From Acidobacteriota bacterium (GTDB lineage: Bacteria; Acidobacteriota; Vicinamibacteria; Vicinamibacterales; 2-12-FULL-66-21), in the NCBI GenBank assembly GCA_003222675.1, contig QHWT01000078.1, positions 12,731 to 76,730 of the forward strand: a stretch of 64,000 nucleotides of DNA, in the 5' to 3' direction. The stretch's first letter is position 1. Each line of letters starts with the position of its first letter. Of this stretch, positions 53,973 through 63,673 are shown one piece after another. The notes beneath the pieces are model-generated. The model saw only the letters and a list, made by a program, of their open reading frames with translations, did no database searches and was not told the origin of the DNA. Position numbers and translations under genes: made by a program.

Positions 53973-54455
53973 ATGCGGCAAAAGGCATTCTCCGCTGTCC
54001 TCGTCCTGGTGTTCGCGTCAGCCTGCGCGAAACACGCGCCTGAACCGGTTCCGCATCCCAACAGCCCACACATTTCCTGGTCACTTGGCGTCGGCAGCGG
54101 CGAGGAGGAGACCTGCAAGTCTACGACTACATCGCCGTGCACCATCGAGCTGCGTCGCGATCGGCCCTCGACATCGGCAACGTTCCACGTGTTTCTTCAT
54201 TCCGTTGACAACGCTGACATCAAGTACAGCGGCGCGGTGCGTGTGGGCTTCTTGATGAGCCCTGCACGTGAAGGTGCAGAGCATCGAGTCGATCAAACCG
54301 TCAAGGCCGGCAGCGCACCTGTTAACGAGAGCACAACCGGTATCGTCCGGCCCGCAGGCACCTATTACGTCGAGATCACCCTCAGCGCATCGCCCGCTGG
54401 TGGAAGTGGACAAACGCTGCCAATCAAAACGCGGGTCCCCGTCTCCGTAAGATGA
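53973..54455 (+). CDS. lipoprotein (hypothetical)
   Basis: Internal ATG giving MRQKAFSAVLVLVFASAC (lipobox). ~160 aa, beta-rich. Confidence 0.5.
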   Translation: MRQKAFSAVLVLVFASACAKHAPEPVPHPNSPHISWSLGVGSGEEETCKSTTTSPCTIELRRDRPSTSATFHVFLHSVDNADIKYSGAVRVGFLMSPAREGAEHRVDQTVKAGSAPVNESTTGIVRPAGTYYVEITLSASPAGGSGQTLPIKTRVPVSVR

Positions 54456-54688
54456 ACCGCCATCTTCGATTCCGCGGTTCGCGGCGCCGCATGCGGCAGA
54501 TACGGATGCGGGAAAACTCACCGCGGAGTTTGTTGATTGGTCTGATGGTGCTGCTGTTCATCATCGTGTCGCGTTCTGGTGGATGGCCGGGCATGCGCCT
54601 CCGCGGCATTAGTTCGTGCGACATCACGCGGATATCTGCTCAGCGTGCACACTCGGAACTCGAAACGTCGCCTGGTCCCGTACCGCGC

Positions 54689-55670
54689 CTAGTCTCGAAC
54701 GTCGTAGACACGGATTTCGGCCCTCTGCGCTCCTCGATGCGGCACCGCCAGATACAGCCTCGCTTGCTCGTGTGCAAACAGCGCAGTGCGTGCACCGGCC
54801 GCTGTGTTCATGCGCGCCAACCGTGTCACCGTCGTCGGCACTCGTGCGTCGAGGATGTCGATGAAGCCCTCGCCGCCCGCGAGATAAACGCGCTTGCGCT
54901 CTGGATCGAAGAACATGTCGTCAGTATCTCCGACGATGTCGAATGCGGTGATCTCTTTGCCCGTTGTCGTGTCGAGCACCAACACCTTTGCCGGCTTGCG
55001 ACACCCGACGAATAATCGATGGTGACCTCATCCAGTGCCATCGGGTAATTCGCCTTGGCCCCCGCGACAGGCCAAGTCGCAGTGATGTTCATGGTGTTCC
55101 GGTCGATGACGGCAATGTGCTCGGCGGTCGGCACGTTGACGAAGATGCGCGGCCCGGTCTGTTCGAGCTGAAAGGACTCAGGATGTCCGGCCAACTTCAC
55201 GCGACCGAGTACCTTGCCGTCTGCTGGACCGATCGCCGCAAGGGCGCCGCTGCCGTAGCCGACGTAGAGCCGCTTCGCCGTCGCATCGTATCGGACGTTG
55301 TCCGAATCGTCACCGAGCGAAATCGCCTTTAGAAGACGATACTCGTTCGCGTCGATCAACTGGACGCCCTCCCCTTGTCCATTCGCGACCGCGATCACGT
55401 TCGCGTCCGGCACGCCGGCGATCCCCTGCGGTTCGCGAAATCCTGGCAGACCTTCAGGTGAGACCCGTTCTTCACGTCGACGACTTCGACAGTGTTGTTG
55501 CCAAGCGCCGCGACGAACAGTTTCTCTCCCGTCCCGTCCAGGGCGAGATGGTCGATTCTCCCCTCGACGCGCGGCAGCTCGATCGCGCGGATCATCCTGA
55601 GCGGCTCTTGTGAGGACCCGGATTGAATCGCCATCAGGACAAGAATCGCGGCTGACATGAACGCGCGCAT
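54689..55670 (-). pseudogene. YncE/YVTN-type beta-propeller protein split into three ORFs
   Basis: The pieces are 55395-55670 (signal peptide plus first blades: IDHLALDGTGEKLFVAALGNNTVEVVDV), 54826-55413 and 54689-54985 (MFFDPERKRVYLAGGEGFIDILD). They read consecutively in different frames. Confidence 0.6.
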
Positions 55671-55680
55671 CGACGCTCCT

Positions 55681-56143
55681 CTACTTCCCGGCGAAGGAGA
55701 AATCATCGAACAGCGTCACGCTGTCCGCCTTGGTCCACACGCCGACCCTGCCTGCGTCCTTGAACGTATCGTCATCCCACTCGATCGCCTTCTTGCCGTC
55801 GAACGTCACGGTGAAGTGATTGCCTTGAAAATCAACGCGAAGGGTGTGCCACCGGTTTGAGGCGACCTGCATGCGCGTTCGCTTCTTCTCGGCGCGGCGG
55901 CCATTGATCGTGCATTTGTGTTGTCTTCTGAGCGTGAGTCGTGGCGAGCGATGGCGTGAGTGGCAACGGGATCCGGAATTCGGCACCAGCCGCCGGTCGC
56001 TGCTCTACCGTGATCGTTCCGCGATGGACGTCGACAGCCCACAGGCCGGTCCCGCCGTCGTCGCGCGATCGTGCTTCATCCACGCGAAAGAGACGATGAC
56101 TGGCGAAGCTCCGCGCCGCAGCCATGCCCAGAACGCAAAGCAT
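55681..56143 (-). pseudogene. DUF1080 (3-keto-disaccharide hydrolase-like) domain protein, frameshifted
   Basis: The C-terminal part (NRWHTLRVDFQGNHFTVTFDGKKAIEWDDDTFKDAGRVGVWTKADSVTLFDDF) fits the DUF1080 jelly-roll. The signal/N-terminal part lies in another frame (the 55832-56155 ORF). Confidence 0.45.
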
Positions 56144-56427
56144 CCTCTTGCACACGCTTCAGCAGCGCGTTCAACAGATTCTCTCAGCGTGCCTTGAGAG
56201 CAGCCGGAGTCAATGTGTACGCGACGGGAAGATCAGCCATGCGCCATTATTGCGCCGTTTAGAGCACCCTTTCGATCGGGACAGCATGCCGGTGGCGCGT
56301 GTGACAGAGCGATTCGGTTCGTTGCTGCTGGCCTACCGACAGACTGCTAGTCTCAGGTCCCGACTCCGACAGTTTTCAGCCGTTCCACGATCTGCTGTGA
56401 GGACGGAACTCCGCCCGGATACACCCG

Positions 56428-56772
56428 TCACGTCGCAGGAGGGTGCGGAGCCGGTGCTTCCGGCATGCCGAACACATCCTGGTTTTTATACAGCAGTGTC
56501 GGCGTCGGGTATCCCCCACGGGCGTCCGTATCCGGCAGCGTGGCCAAGTCGACGAACTGGTAATCCGTGGGCAGATGAAGTGCGCTGAGCGCCGCATCAA
56601 GGTTGATGCGCATGGTGGTTGTGTTCACGCAGCCTTCGCGAGTCAGAAACACGAGCTCTCTCACTGAAGTCGGAGCAGTCGATGCCTGGTGTTCCGATTT
56701 CTGAGGCGCTGGCGCCTTCGCACATCTGGCAACTGTTGCGAGCAATCCAAGGACAACGATTCTTCGACGCAT
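56428..56772 (-). CDS. thioredoxin-fold-like lipoprotein (hypothetical)
   Basis: Internal ATG with an AGGGAG RBS. MRRRIVVLGLLATVARC, then LVFLTREGCVNT...GYPTPTLLY, a single-Cys glutaredoxin-like layout. Confidence 0.4.
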   Translation of the reverse strand: MRRRIVVLGLLATVARCAKAPAPQKSEHQASTAPTSVRELVFLTREGCVNTTTMRINLDAALSALHLPTDYQFVDLATLPDTDARGGYPTPTLLYKNQDVFGMPEAPAPHPPAT

Positions 56773-56782
56773 AGCGCTCCCT

Positions 56783-57384
56783 TTATCGGGCAGATCGAAT
56801 CGCTTTGACCGTATTCGCGATTTCGTGGGCGACACCGTCGACTGGCCCATTGATCAAAACCACCGGCGGCATCGTGTCAGTCCATGTGGCGTCGGGTGGA
56901 TACACCGCGGCCAGATCCCACAGAATGCCGTGACGCTCGCAGCAGTCGGGTTCCGGCTGCGGCGCCCGCGCGTCCGATGCCATGCGCGCGGCGAGAGGTG
57001 ATCCGGGTCCCAATACTGTTTCACGCGCCGGTCGGACATCCGTCGGAGAACGAATCCCGCTGGTGACGTCCAGTCGGTGGGCAGCATCGGCTCCCAGACG
57101 GCCAGGATCGCGACAGGCTGCTCACCCAGTTCGTTCAGCACGCGATCGACTGCGGAGGCCCCCCGCAGACAGGTCGGTCAGGTCGGGGACAGCAGTACGA
57201 TAACGCGCACCTGGCCGCGTGACCGATTGAATTCACTCTTGAACTCGTCAAACGTCTGTCGCGTGACGTGCGCCAGTGGAGGTTGACCTTCTGGCGTGGA
57301 GCGATCCGCAAAAGTCGTATAGGCGAGAACCGCCAGCACGATCCCGACGATCACGCCCGCGATCAACGCAACACGCCTTCTCAT
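56783..57384 (-). CDS. membrane-anchored thioredoxin-fold protein with an in-frame TGA at the CxxC position (U-P-T-C), plus a frame change near 57000
   Basis: MRRRVALIAGVIVGIVLAVL (anchor)...VRVIVLLSPT-TGA-PTCLRGASAVDRVLNELGEQPVAILAVWEPML...KQYWDPDHL. It then continues in another frame (...CCERHGILWDLAAVYPP...MPPVVLINGPVDGVAHEIANTVKAI), which supplies the expected cis-Pro/beta3-beta4/alpha3 part of the fold. Confidence 0.55.
57150..57168 (-). promoter_or_regulatory. stem-loop 9 nt downstream of the in-frame UGA (possible bacterial SECIS-like element)
   Basis: The RNA reads CUGCGG-GGGGCCU-CCGCAG, a perfect 6-bp GC-rich stem (extendable by G.U and G-C pairs) with a G-rich apical loop. Confidence 0.3.
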
Positions 57385-57388
57385 ACCG

Positions 57389-57712
57389 TCACTCCAGCCA
57401 GTCGGCCAGCAATGTGGCGATGAGCTGTGGCATCACCAACACCACGGTCACGAGGATCGCTGACATCCACAGCACCAGGACACTGACGCGGCTTCGCTGA
57501 GCGCATTCTGCCGGACGTCGGTACACCTGTATGAACCCGATCGCGAGCAAGCCGAGCGAGGCACCGATGAACCACACGCGATATTCGAGCATCGCGGCGC
57601 TCAAGCCTGCGGCTCCTAGCGCGCCCGCGAAACTCAAGGGGAGGCAGCACAACAGCGTCGATACAGCGCTGAACATCGCCGCGATCGGCGCAACACGTTC
57701 GCCAGTGCTCAC
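57389..57712 (-). CDS. MerT-superfamily small membrane protein (CC motif in TM1)
   Basis: The GTG start overlaps the merR-like stop (GTGA). ...APIAAMFSAVSTLLCCLPLSFAGALGAAGLS...YRVWFIGASLGLLAIGF...PAEC parallels MerT. Confidence 0.6.
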   Translation of the reverse strand: MSTGERVAPIAAMFSAVSTLLCCLPLSFAGALGAAGLSAAMLEYRVWFIGASLGLLAIGFIQVYRRPAECAQRSRVSVLVLWMSAILVTVVLVMPQLIATLLADWLE

Positions 57713-58161
57713 CGCTCGCTCCTGCCATTCTGTCGGCGTTTCTGCGTGAGAGCCTGGACGACGGGGCATTCGTCAACCGTTTGGCGCGCGAGCGCCGCGT
57801 CACAATTCGTCAAGGCGGACTTCAGCGTTCGACGGAACGCCTTGAGCTCCGTCATTTGCGTCTCGATTTCCTCAAGCCGATTGGTCAAGAGCGCTCGCAC
57901 ACGTTGACAGTGTTGACGGCCGCGACTGCGCTCGGGGCCGAGCAGTTCGCGAATGTCGCGAAGCGTCAACCCCAGCCGCTGCGCCTGTCGGATGAACCCA
58001 AGTCGCTCGACAATATCGGCGCTGTACGTCCGAAACCCACCCGTCGTGCGCGCATCGTGCGCCAACAATCCGACGCGTTCGTAATAGCGAACGGCATCAA
58101 CCGTGAGACCGGAGGAGGCGGCAACTTCGCCGATGCGCAGTGTTTGGTGACGACGCTTCAT
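57709..58161 (-). CDS. MerR-family metal-responsive transcriptional regulator
   Basis: Internal ATG giving MKRRHQTLRIGEVAASSGLTVDAVRYYERVGLL...GFRTY. Cys residues at QHCQRV, TNCDAA and DECPVV are arranged like divalent-metal MerR sensors. Confidence 0.85.
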   Translation of the reverse strand: MKRRHQTLRIGEVAASSGLTVDAVRYYERVGLLAHDARTTGGFRTYSADIVERLGFIRQAQRLGLTLRDIRELLGPERSRGRQHCQRVRALLTNRLEEIETQMTELKAFRRTLKSALTNCDAALARQTVDECPVVQALTQKRRQNGRSER

Positions 58162-58177
58162 GTCGGCTCGCCGGACA

Positions 58178-58208
58178 GTATCAACCCTGAAGTGCGCTCC
58201 AGAGTCAA
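58178..58208 (-). promoter_or_regulatory. MerR-type promoter/operator with a 19-bp spacer
   Basis: On the minus strand it reads TTGACT-ctggagcgcacttcagggt-TGATAC. The imperfect dyad is CTGGAG-n4-CTTCAG. It has the same architecture as 24916-24946. Confidence 0.45.
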
Positions 58209-58295
58209 GCGACTCGCGCCGATTAGACGAGGCGGTCGGGCGCGTGGACAATAGATCAAGTTGCGTCGCGGTGGCGTTCGCCGCGACATCTCAGG

Positions 58296-58826
58296 GTGAG
58301 TGCTGTGTCTGATCGTGCCGAGCAGGCGGCATTGGCTGCTGACGGCGAACAATTCGCGGTTCACTCAAACGGCGGCAATTGGTTAATCGCTTGGCACTCG
58401 CCTCTGAGCGTGCCAGAGGGCACGCCACATGGAGCGAATGCCTTCTGCATCACCCTCGATGATCAGATTGTGTTGATTAGCGGCGACGGCGAGCGATGGG
58501 GCTGGCCGGGGGGCCGTCCCGAAGGCGACGAGTCATGGGAGCAGACGCTCCGTCGAGAGGTGCTCGAGGAAGTATGCGCGACCGTCAGTAATGCCCGCCT
58601 CCTCGGCTTTTGCCGCGCCGTCTGCTTATCGGGTTCGGAACGCGGACTTGTGCTGGTTCGCTCCATGTGGCGTGCGGAGGTCGAGCTGATGCCGTGGGAA
58701 CCACGGTACGAGATCCGACACCGACGCCTCGTTAGTGCGAACGAACTGCTGACGCAATTGTGGATCGAGAAGGGATTCGAGCCGATTTACTCCAGAGCAG
58801 CGTTCGAAGCGGGCCTCATGAGGTGA
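58296..58826 (+). CDS. NUDIX hydrolase
   Basis: The Nudix box is GWPGGRPEGDESWEQTLRREVLEEVCA. GTG start. Confidence 0.8.
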   Translation: MSAVSDRAEQAALAADGEQFAVHSNGGNWLIAWHSPLSVPEGTPHGANAFCITLDDQIVLISGDGERWGWPGGRPEGDESWEQTLRREVLEEVCATVSNARLLGFCRAVCLSGSERGLVLVRSMWRAEVELMPWEPRYEIRHRRLVSANELLTQLWIEKGFEPIYSRAAFEAGLMR

Positions 58827-59102
58827 GGTCCGCAGCATGCCGGCGATGCTCTTCGGACCAGCCTTCGACGCTAGTGGAATCGGATCCACCGTGTCGTTTA
58901 CGTTCGGGACGACTTTCCACGGTTGACCGCAATCGGAATTCTGGCGTTTACTTAACCCCGGCCGCCCTGATGTTCTCTTCGTTTTGGACGTCGAAGTCGT
59001 CTGCAGTATTTATTTCATCCCTCATTGTGCCGCCGGTGCACATCGATCGTGTTTGGGATTTGTAACGAGTGTTGACAACACACTCCGAGACAGCGCGGCG
59101 AC

Positions 59103-59131
59103 TTGACACAGGCTCGCGAGAGGCGTAAATA
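59103..59131 (+). promoter_or_regulatory. strong sigma70-like promoter (TTGACA-17 nt-TAAATA)
   Basis: TTGACA at 59103-59108, an exact 17-nt spacer, and TAAATA at 59126-59131. It points toward xis-int across ~620 nt that contain no plus-strand ORF of 60 aa or more. Confidence 0.4.
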
Positions 59132-59751
59132 CGATTAATCGTCTGTGGCGATCAGTCGCCACCCTCCACGTCGGTCTCAGGCCCACGTGGACTTCGCTTC
59201 GAGGCTGCCGCTCTAAGAGCTCCAGCACGAAGCGCCCAACACCGGGACGGTTGGATCAAGATCGCAGCCGCGCGTAAGGCAGCCCGAGGCAGCCTGAGGC
59301 AACTGAAAACGCCGGCACGACGATCGCGCTAGCCACTGCGGTTCGTCCTCAGGGTCAGCCGCACCGGAGCGCACCACCGATGGGCCGGTAAACAGCACTG
59401 CACCACGGCCTCCGCTTCGAGTCTTCCCACCGAACGCTCGTCGCGGCGCCGCGGAAGTTGACGATGCGCGCGGGGACACCCCCCACGCGTCGAACTTCCC
59501 TGTGAGCCGAGCAGGCGGATTGCAGTTCCGCCGGCATCGTCAGCGAGCAACTGACGATCGCTTTCGCGCTCAACCCGGAACCGCATGAGCCGCCCCAGGG
59601 ACGTTCATGCCACCGGGCCTCCGAGCCGGCCGCCAACGGTGATCGATCTCAGGTCTGTCACCCTGCGCGGGGCCTCCCGGCTCGTTTCTCCACGTCAACA
59701 TCGGCACCGCTGTCTTCTGGGCGGTGGTGCCACTGATCCTCGGAGGAGGCC

Positions 59752-60021
59752 ATGAGGAAAACCCCGTGCTCGGATTCTGATCTCGATCGGGTCAACAATC
59801 AGGTCAGTGGCGACGGCGTTGCGACGTTCGAGGGCCTACCGAACCGGTTCTTGACGGCGTTGGAAGTTGCCGAGTTCGTCGGATGTCACGAGGAGACGGT
59901 GCGCCGTGCGTACTGGCGCGGTCTGCTCACGTCCCAACGCTTCGGCGTGCGAGGAAGGAGGTTCCATCCCACAGACGTCCTCGACTGGATTCGTCGAGGA
60001 GCACCAACGAAAGTCTCGTGA
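59752..60021 (+). CDS. xis: excisionase-family helix-turn-helix DNA-binding protein
   Basis: GGAGGAGG RBS. FLTALEVAEFVGCHEETVRRAYWRGLLTSQRFGVRGRRFHPTDVLDWI matches the AlpA/Xis MerR-like HTH pattern. It lies directly upstream of int. Confidence 0.7.
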   Translation: MRKTPCSDSDLDRVNNQVSGDGVATFEGLPNRFLTALEVAEFVGCHEETVRRAYWRGLLTSQRFGVRGRRFHPTDVLDWIRRGAPTKVS

Positions 60022-60040
60022 CCGCAAGAAAGGAGGAAGC

Positions 60041-61294
60041 ATGTCAATCGTACGACGATGCAGAGGCAGGTGCACGACACCCCGACGCTGCCTGGAGCAT
60101 CTGTGGTTCGACGTGATGTACCGCGGCTCGCGCTATCGGATCGCCGCGAACGACTTCGCCGTCCCACGAATGGATCCAGGCAAGCAGCGGCCGATCCAGT
60201 CGATGGAGGAGGCGCGCCATTGGGAACGTCTCTTCATCGGCGAGATCCAGGCCGGACGTGATCCGCAACGTCCGCGCACGCCACGAAAGGCGACTGATGT
60301 CACGCCGAAGAGCGTCGCAGCGTTTCTTGATGTCTACGTGGAGCGATGCGTCAAGCCCGCAGGGTTGCGCAGCGTCAGGTCCGTCCACAGTCGTGTGGCG
60401 GCTTTGAAACAGTACCTGGGCGAGCTAGCGCTCGACGCCCTCGAAGAGCCTGACGAAATCAATCGGTTCAAGACCGAATCGGACTACGCCGAGGAAGTCG
60501 AGATCTCGACCGTGCACCGGGCGCTGGAAACGCTACGGGCGGCAATGAACTGGGGTATGGCCCAGACGCCGCCGCTCTTCAGAAAGTCACCGTTCAATCG
60601 CTTCGGTGTCCGGATGAACAAGAAGCTGGAGACGATGCGTGATCGGCGGCTCTCGCGCGACGAGGAGAAGCGACTGCTCGACACGGCGCTGCAGAAAATG
60701 AACACGGGCGAGCATCGGCTCATGGGGCCGTTGCTGCACGACCGCATCATCGGCGCCATCGAGCTGTGTTGCCGCCGCGGCGAGATGCTGCTGATCCAGA
60801 ACAAACGTGTGAACTGGGAAACGTGGCAGATCGGGATTCCGGGCGCAGCCACGAAGGACAAAGAGAACCGGCGAGTCCCATTCAACCCCGAGGGGCGGCT
60901 CGCCGCAATCCTGAGACGACGCTCAGCGCTCGGGCCAGACGCGTTCGTCTTCGGATCTGACACGGGAGCGTACCAGCCGAACATCCAGACGGCGTGGGAA
61001 ACCCTGAAGCTGCTGGCGTATGGCTACGAACCGAAGCCGGCGCGCGAAGGTGCCGCGTGGAATCGGGAACAGCTCCGGCGGATCGATCTCCGCTGGCATG
61101 ACCTGCGGCATGAGGGCGCGTGTCGGCTGCTCGCCGACGGCGTCGACATCCGGATCGTTCAGCTGATGCTTGGACACGCGAGCATCCAGCAGACGCAACG
61201 TTACCTGAACGTGACTGACGAGGAACTCAGGAGAGGACTGGAGGTGAGCTGGAACAACAAGGGCCGACCGCTTCGTCTCGCGTCGGGAGGGTGA
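60041..61294 (+). CDS. int: tyrosine site-specific integrase
   Basis: AAAGGAGGAAGC RBS followed by an internal ATG. Catalytic-region motifs are ELCCRRGEML, WHDLRHEGACRLL and LGHASIQQTQRYLN. It ends 82 nt from the tRNA 3' end. Confidence 0.9.
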   Translation: MSIVRRCRGRCTTPRRCLEHLWFDVMYRGSRYRIAANDFAVPRMDPGKQRPIQSMEEARHWERLFIGEIQAGRDPQRPRTPRKATDVTPKSVAAFLDVYVERCVKPAGLRSVRSVHSRVAALKQYLGELALDALEEPDEINRFKTESDYAEEVEISTVHRALETLRAAMNWGMAQTPPLFRKSPFNRFGVRMNKKLETMRDRRLSRDEEKRLLDTALQKMNTGEHRLMGPLLHDRIIGAIELCCRRGEMLLIQNKRVNWETWQIGIPGAATKDKENRRVPFNPEGRLAAILRRRSALGPDAFVFGSDTGAYQPNIQTAWETLKLLAYGYEPKPAREGAAWNREQLRRIDLRWHDLRHEGACRLLADGVDIRIVQLMLGHASIQQTQRYLNVTDEELRRGLEVSWNNKGRPLRLASGG

Positions 61295-61331
61295 AATGTT
61301 CAACCGCTACGAGGAAGCGTCGGCCCGCCAA

Positions 61332-61353
61332 ATTGTCACCAATTTGTCACCCG
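61332..61353. repeat. putative arm-type sites (tandem TTGTCACC), int-proximal end
   Basis: ATTGTCACCAATTTGTCACCCG is a 21/22 match to 13936-13957. An inverted GGTGAC lies at 61361-61366. Confidence 0.5.
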
Positions 61354-61376
61354 AGGGCTTGGTGACGCGTGAAATT

Positions 61377-61453
<77 letters not shown>

Positions 61454-61516
61454 TCTGAGAAAATCTGATTGTAGCACTCGCGCAACACGGCGGTCAAACC
61501 GGATAACAATACGTCG

Positions 61517-63673
61517 ATGAAACGCCGCGACTTTCTTTCTCTCGGCGTCACCGGCGCGGCGATCACGCGAATGCCGCGCGCGGGTGCGACTCAACCGTTG
61601 CGGGCTGACGCCGTGCACCCGGGTATCTGGAAGTTCTCGTTCGGCGCGCCCGAAACGATCACGCCCGTCCGCACCAGACACTACGGTCCGGCGACCTCCG
61701 CGCTCGCGGCATTGCCGCGCGTGGATGCGTGCCCGGTGACCGTATCGGCACGTGCGTCGCGCCGCGGCTTCCTCGTCAGCATCCCGCTCGAGCCCGACGA
61801 GCTCGTCTACGGCCTGGGCCTGCAAATGCAGTCGTTCATCCAGCGCGGGTTGAAGAAGAAGCTGCGCGTGAATGCGGACCCGGCGATCGATTCCGGCGAT
61901 TCGCACGCGCCTGTTCCCTTCTACGTGACGACGCGTGGATATGGCGTGCTGGTCGACACCGCGCGATACGCGACGATCTATTGCGGCAACAAACCGCGCA
62001 AGACAGCACGGCGCGCCGCGACGGTCCCGGAGACTGAATCGCAGCTGACGCAGGATCTGCTGCCCGTCGCGTACCGTCGATTCCGATTCGGTCAGGCTAG
62101 CGAGGTGCTGATCGAAGTCCCCACTGCGGCCGGCATAGATGTGTACGTTTTCGGCGGGCCGACGCTGCGCCTCGCGACGCAACGCTACAACCTGTTCGCC
62201 GGCGGCGGAGCGCTCCCACCGCGATGGGGACTCGGCGTCTGGTACCGCATGGAACGCGATTTCAACGACCGTGACGTGCTTGCACTCGCATCAGAATTCC
62301 GTTCGCGCCGGATCCCATGCGACGTGCTGGGTCTCGAGCCGGGCTGGCAGACTCACGTGTACTCGTGTTCGTACAAATGGAGCGGACGCTTCCCCGATCC
62401 TGGCGCCACGATCGAAAAGCTGAGAGCTGATCACTTCCGGCTGAATCTGTGGGAACACGCCTTCACGCATCCTTCTTCCGCGATCTTCGACGCGATCTTT
62501 CCGCATGCCGGGGACTACGAAGTGTGGGACGGCATCGTCCCCGACTTCCTGACGCCAGAGGCGCGACGGATCTTCAGCGACTACCACGAGCGCGAGCACG
62601 TCGCGCTCGGCGTCTCGGGTTACAAGCTCGATGAGTGCGACAACTCGGACTTCACCAGGAACTGGTCGTTTCCCGAATTGAGCCGGTTCCCGTCGGGAGC
62701 CGACGGTGAACAGATGCACTCGCTCTTCGGGCTGCGCTACCAGGACACGATTCAGAACATCTTCGACAAGCGCAGACAGCGCACGTATGGGCTCGTGCGA
62801 TGCTCACACGCGCTCGCAGCACCATATCCGTACGTCCTGTACAGCGATCTTTACGATCACGCGACGTTCATTCGATCGGTGGCGCACGCCGGTTTCTCCG
62901 GCCTGCTCTGGACACCCGAGGTGCGCGACGCGCGCAGCGAAGAGGATCTCGTTCGACGGTTGCAGTCCGTGGTGTTCTCGCCGATGGCGTTGATCAACGG
63001 GTGGTACATCAAGAATCCGCCGTGGAAGCAGATCGATCGCGAGGCCAACAACAAGGGGGAGCTCGCACAGAGCTGGGAGGGCCTGGAACAGATTTGCCGG
63101 TCGATCCTGGAGCTGCGCATGCGGTTCCTTCCCTTGCTTCACGCTGCGTTCGTCCGATATCACCGCGAAGGACTGGCGCCGTTCCGCGCGCTGGTCATGG
63201 ATTACCCGGACGATCCCGGGACCTGGCCTATTGACGATCAGTACTTGGTCGGCAACGATCTGATCGTCGCGCCGGTTGTTGCCGGACAAGTTCAGCGATC
63301 CGTGTACTTGCCCGATGGCGACTGGTTCGATTTCTGGAGCGGCGCGCGCCACGCGGGCAAGCGCACCATAACGATCGACGTGCCGCTCGAGCGCGTGCCC
63401 ATCTTCGTCAGGGCGGGCGCATTGCTCCCGCTTGCGGATGCCACGACACACACCGACGACCCAGCGGCGTGGCGCCTCACTGTTCTCGTGTGTGGCGACG
63501 GCGCCTCCGGCACGTCACTCTTCGAAGATGACGATGGCGTACCAGCTGCCTTGACGGAAGTGCGTCTCACATGGAGCGCCGCGACCGGCCGCGGCGCCGT
63601 CGAGCGGTCGCGAGAACATGCCGGACGGCGGTACGAAGTCAGCGCGTGGCAACCGCTGGAAGCGCGCGGATAG
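61517..63673 (+). CDS. glycoside hydrolase family 31 protein with a Tat signal
   Basis: 718 aa with a twin-arginine leader (MKRRDFLSLGVTGAAI). The GH31-like TIM-barrel region includes PPRWGLGVWY...IPCDVLGLEPGWQ...GVSGYKLDECDN... Confidence 0.8.
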   Translation: MKRRDFLSLGVTGAAITRMPRAGATQPLRADAVHPGIWKFSFGAPETITPVRTRHYGPATSALAALPRVDACPVTVSARASRRGFLVSIPLEPDELVYGLGLQMQSFIQRGLKKKLRVNADPAIDSGDSHAPVPFYVTTRGYGVLVDTARYATIYCGNKPRKTARRAATVPETESQLTQDLLPVAYRRFRFGQASEVLIEVPTAAGIDVYVFGGPTLRLATQRYNLFAGGGALPPRWGLGVWYRMERDFNDRDVLALASEFRSRRIPCDVLGLEPGWQTHVYSCSYKWSGRFPDPGATIEKLRADHFRLNLWEHAFTHPSSAIFDAIFPHAGDYEVWDGIVPDFLTPEARRIFSDYHEREHVALGVSGYKLDECDNSDFTRNWSFPELSRFPSGADGEQMHSLFGLRYQDTIQNIFDKRRQRTYGLVRCSHALAAPYPYVLYSDLYDHATFIRSVAHAGFSGLLWTPEVRDARSEEDLVRRLQSVVFSPMALINGWYIKNPPWKQIDREANNKGELAQSWEGLEQICRSILELRMRFLPLLHAAFVRYHREGLAPFRALVMDYPDDPGTWPIDDQYLVGNDLIVAPVVAGQVQRSVYLPDGDWFDFWSGARHAGKRTITIDVPLERVPIFVRAGALLPLADATTHTDDPAAWRLTVLVCGDGASGTSLFEDDDGVPAALTEVRLTWSAATGRGAVERSREHAGRRYEVSAWQPLEARG

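Noticed and set aside
24070-57180. Global reassignment of TGA (alternative genetic code) as the explanation for the in-frame TGAs.
   Set aside because: Many well-supported genes here terminate at TGA, often in ATGA/GTGA overlaps with the next start. Examples are both merR-like genes, nuoA, nuoH and RND pump 2. TGA is therefore a normal stop in this genome.
59387-59398. A minus-strand GUGCUGUUUACC string reminiscent of SRP (4.5S) RNA.
   Set aside because: The flanking sequence lacks the conserved domain IV (GGAA tetraloop with AGCA symmetric loop), and no matching 5'/3' helix could be drawn.
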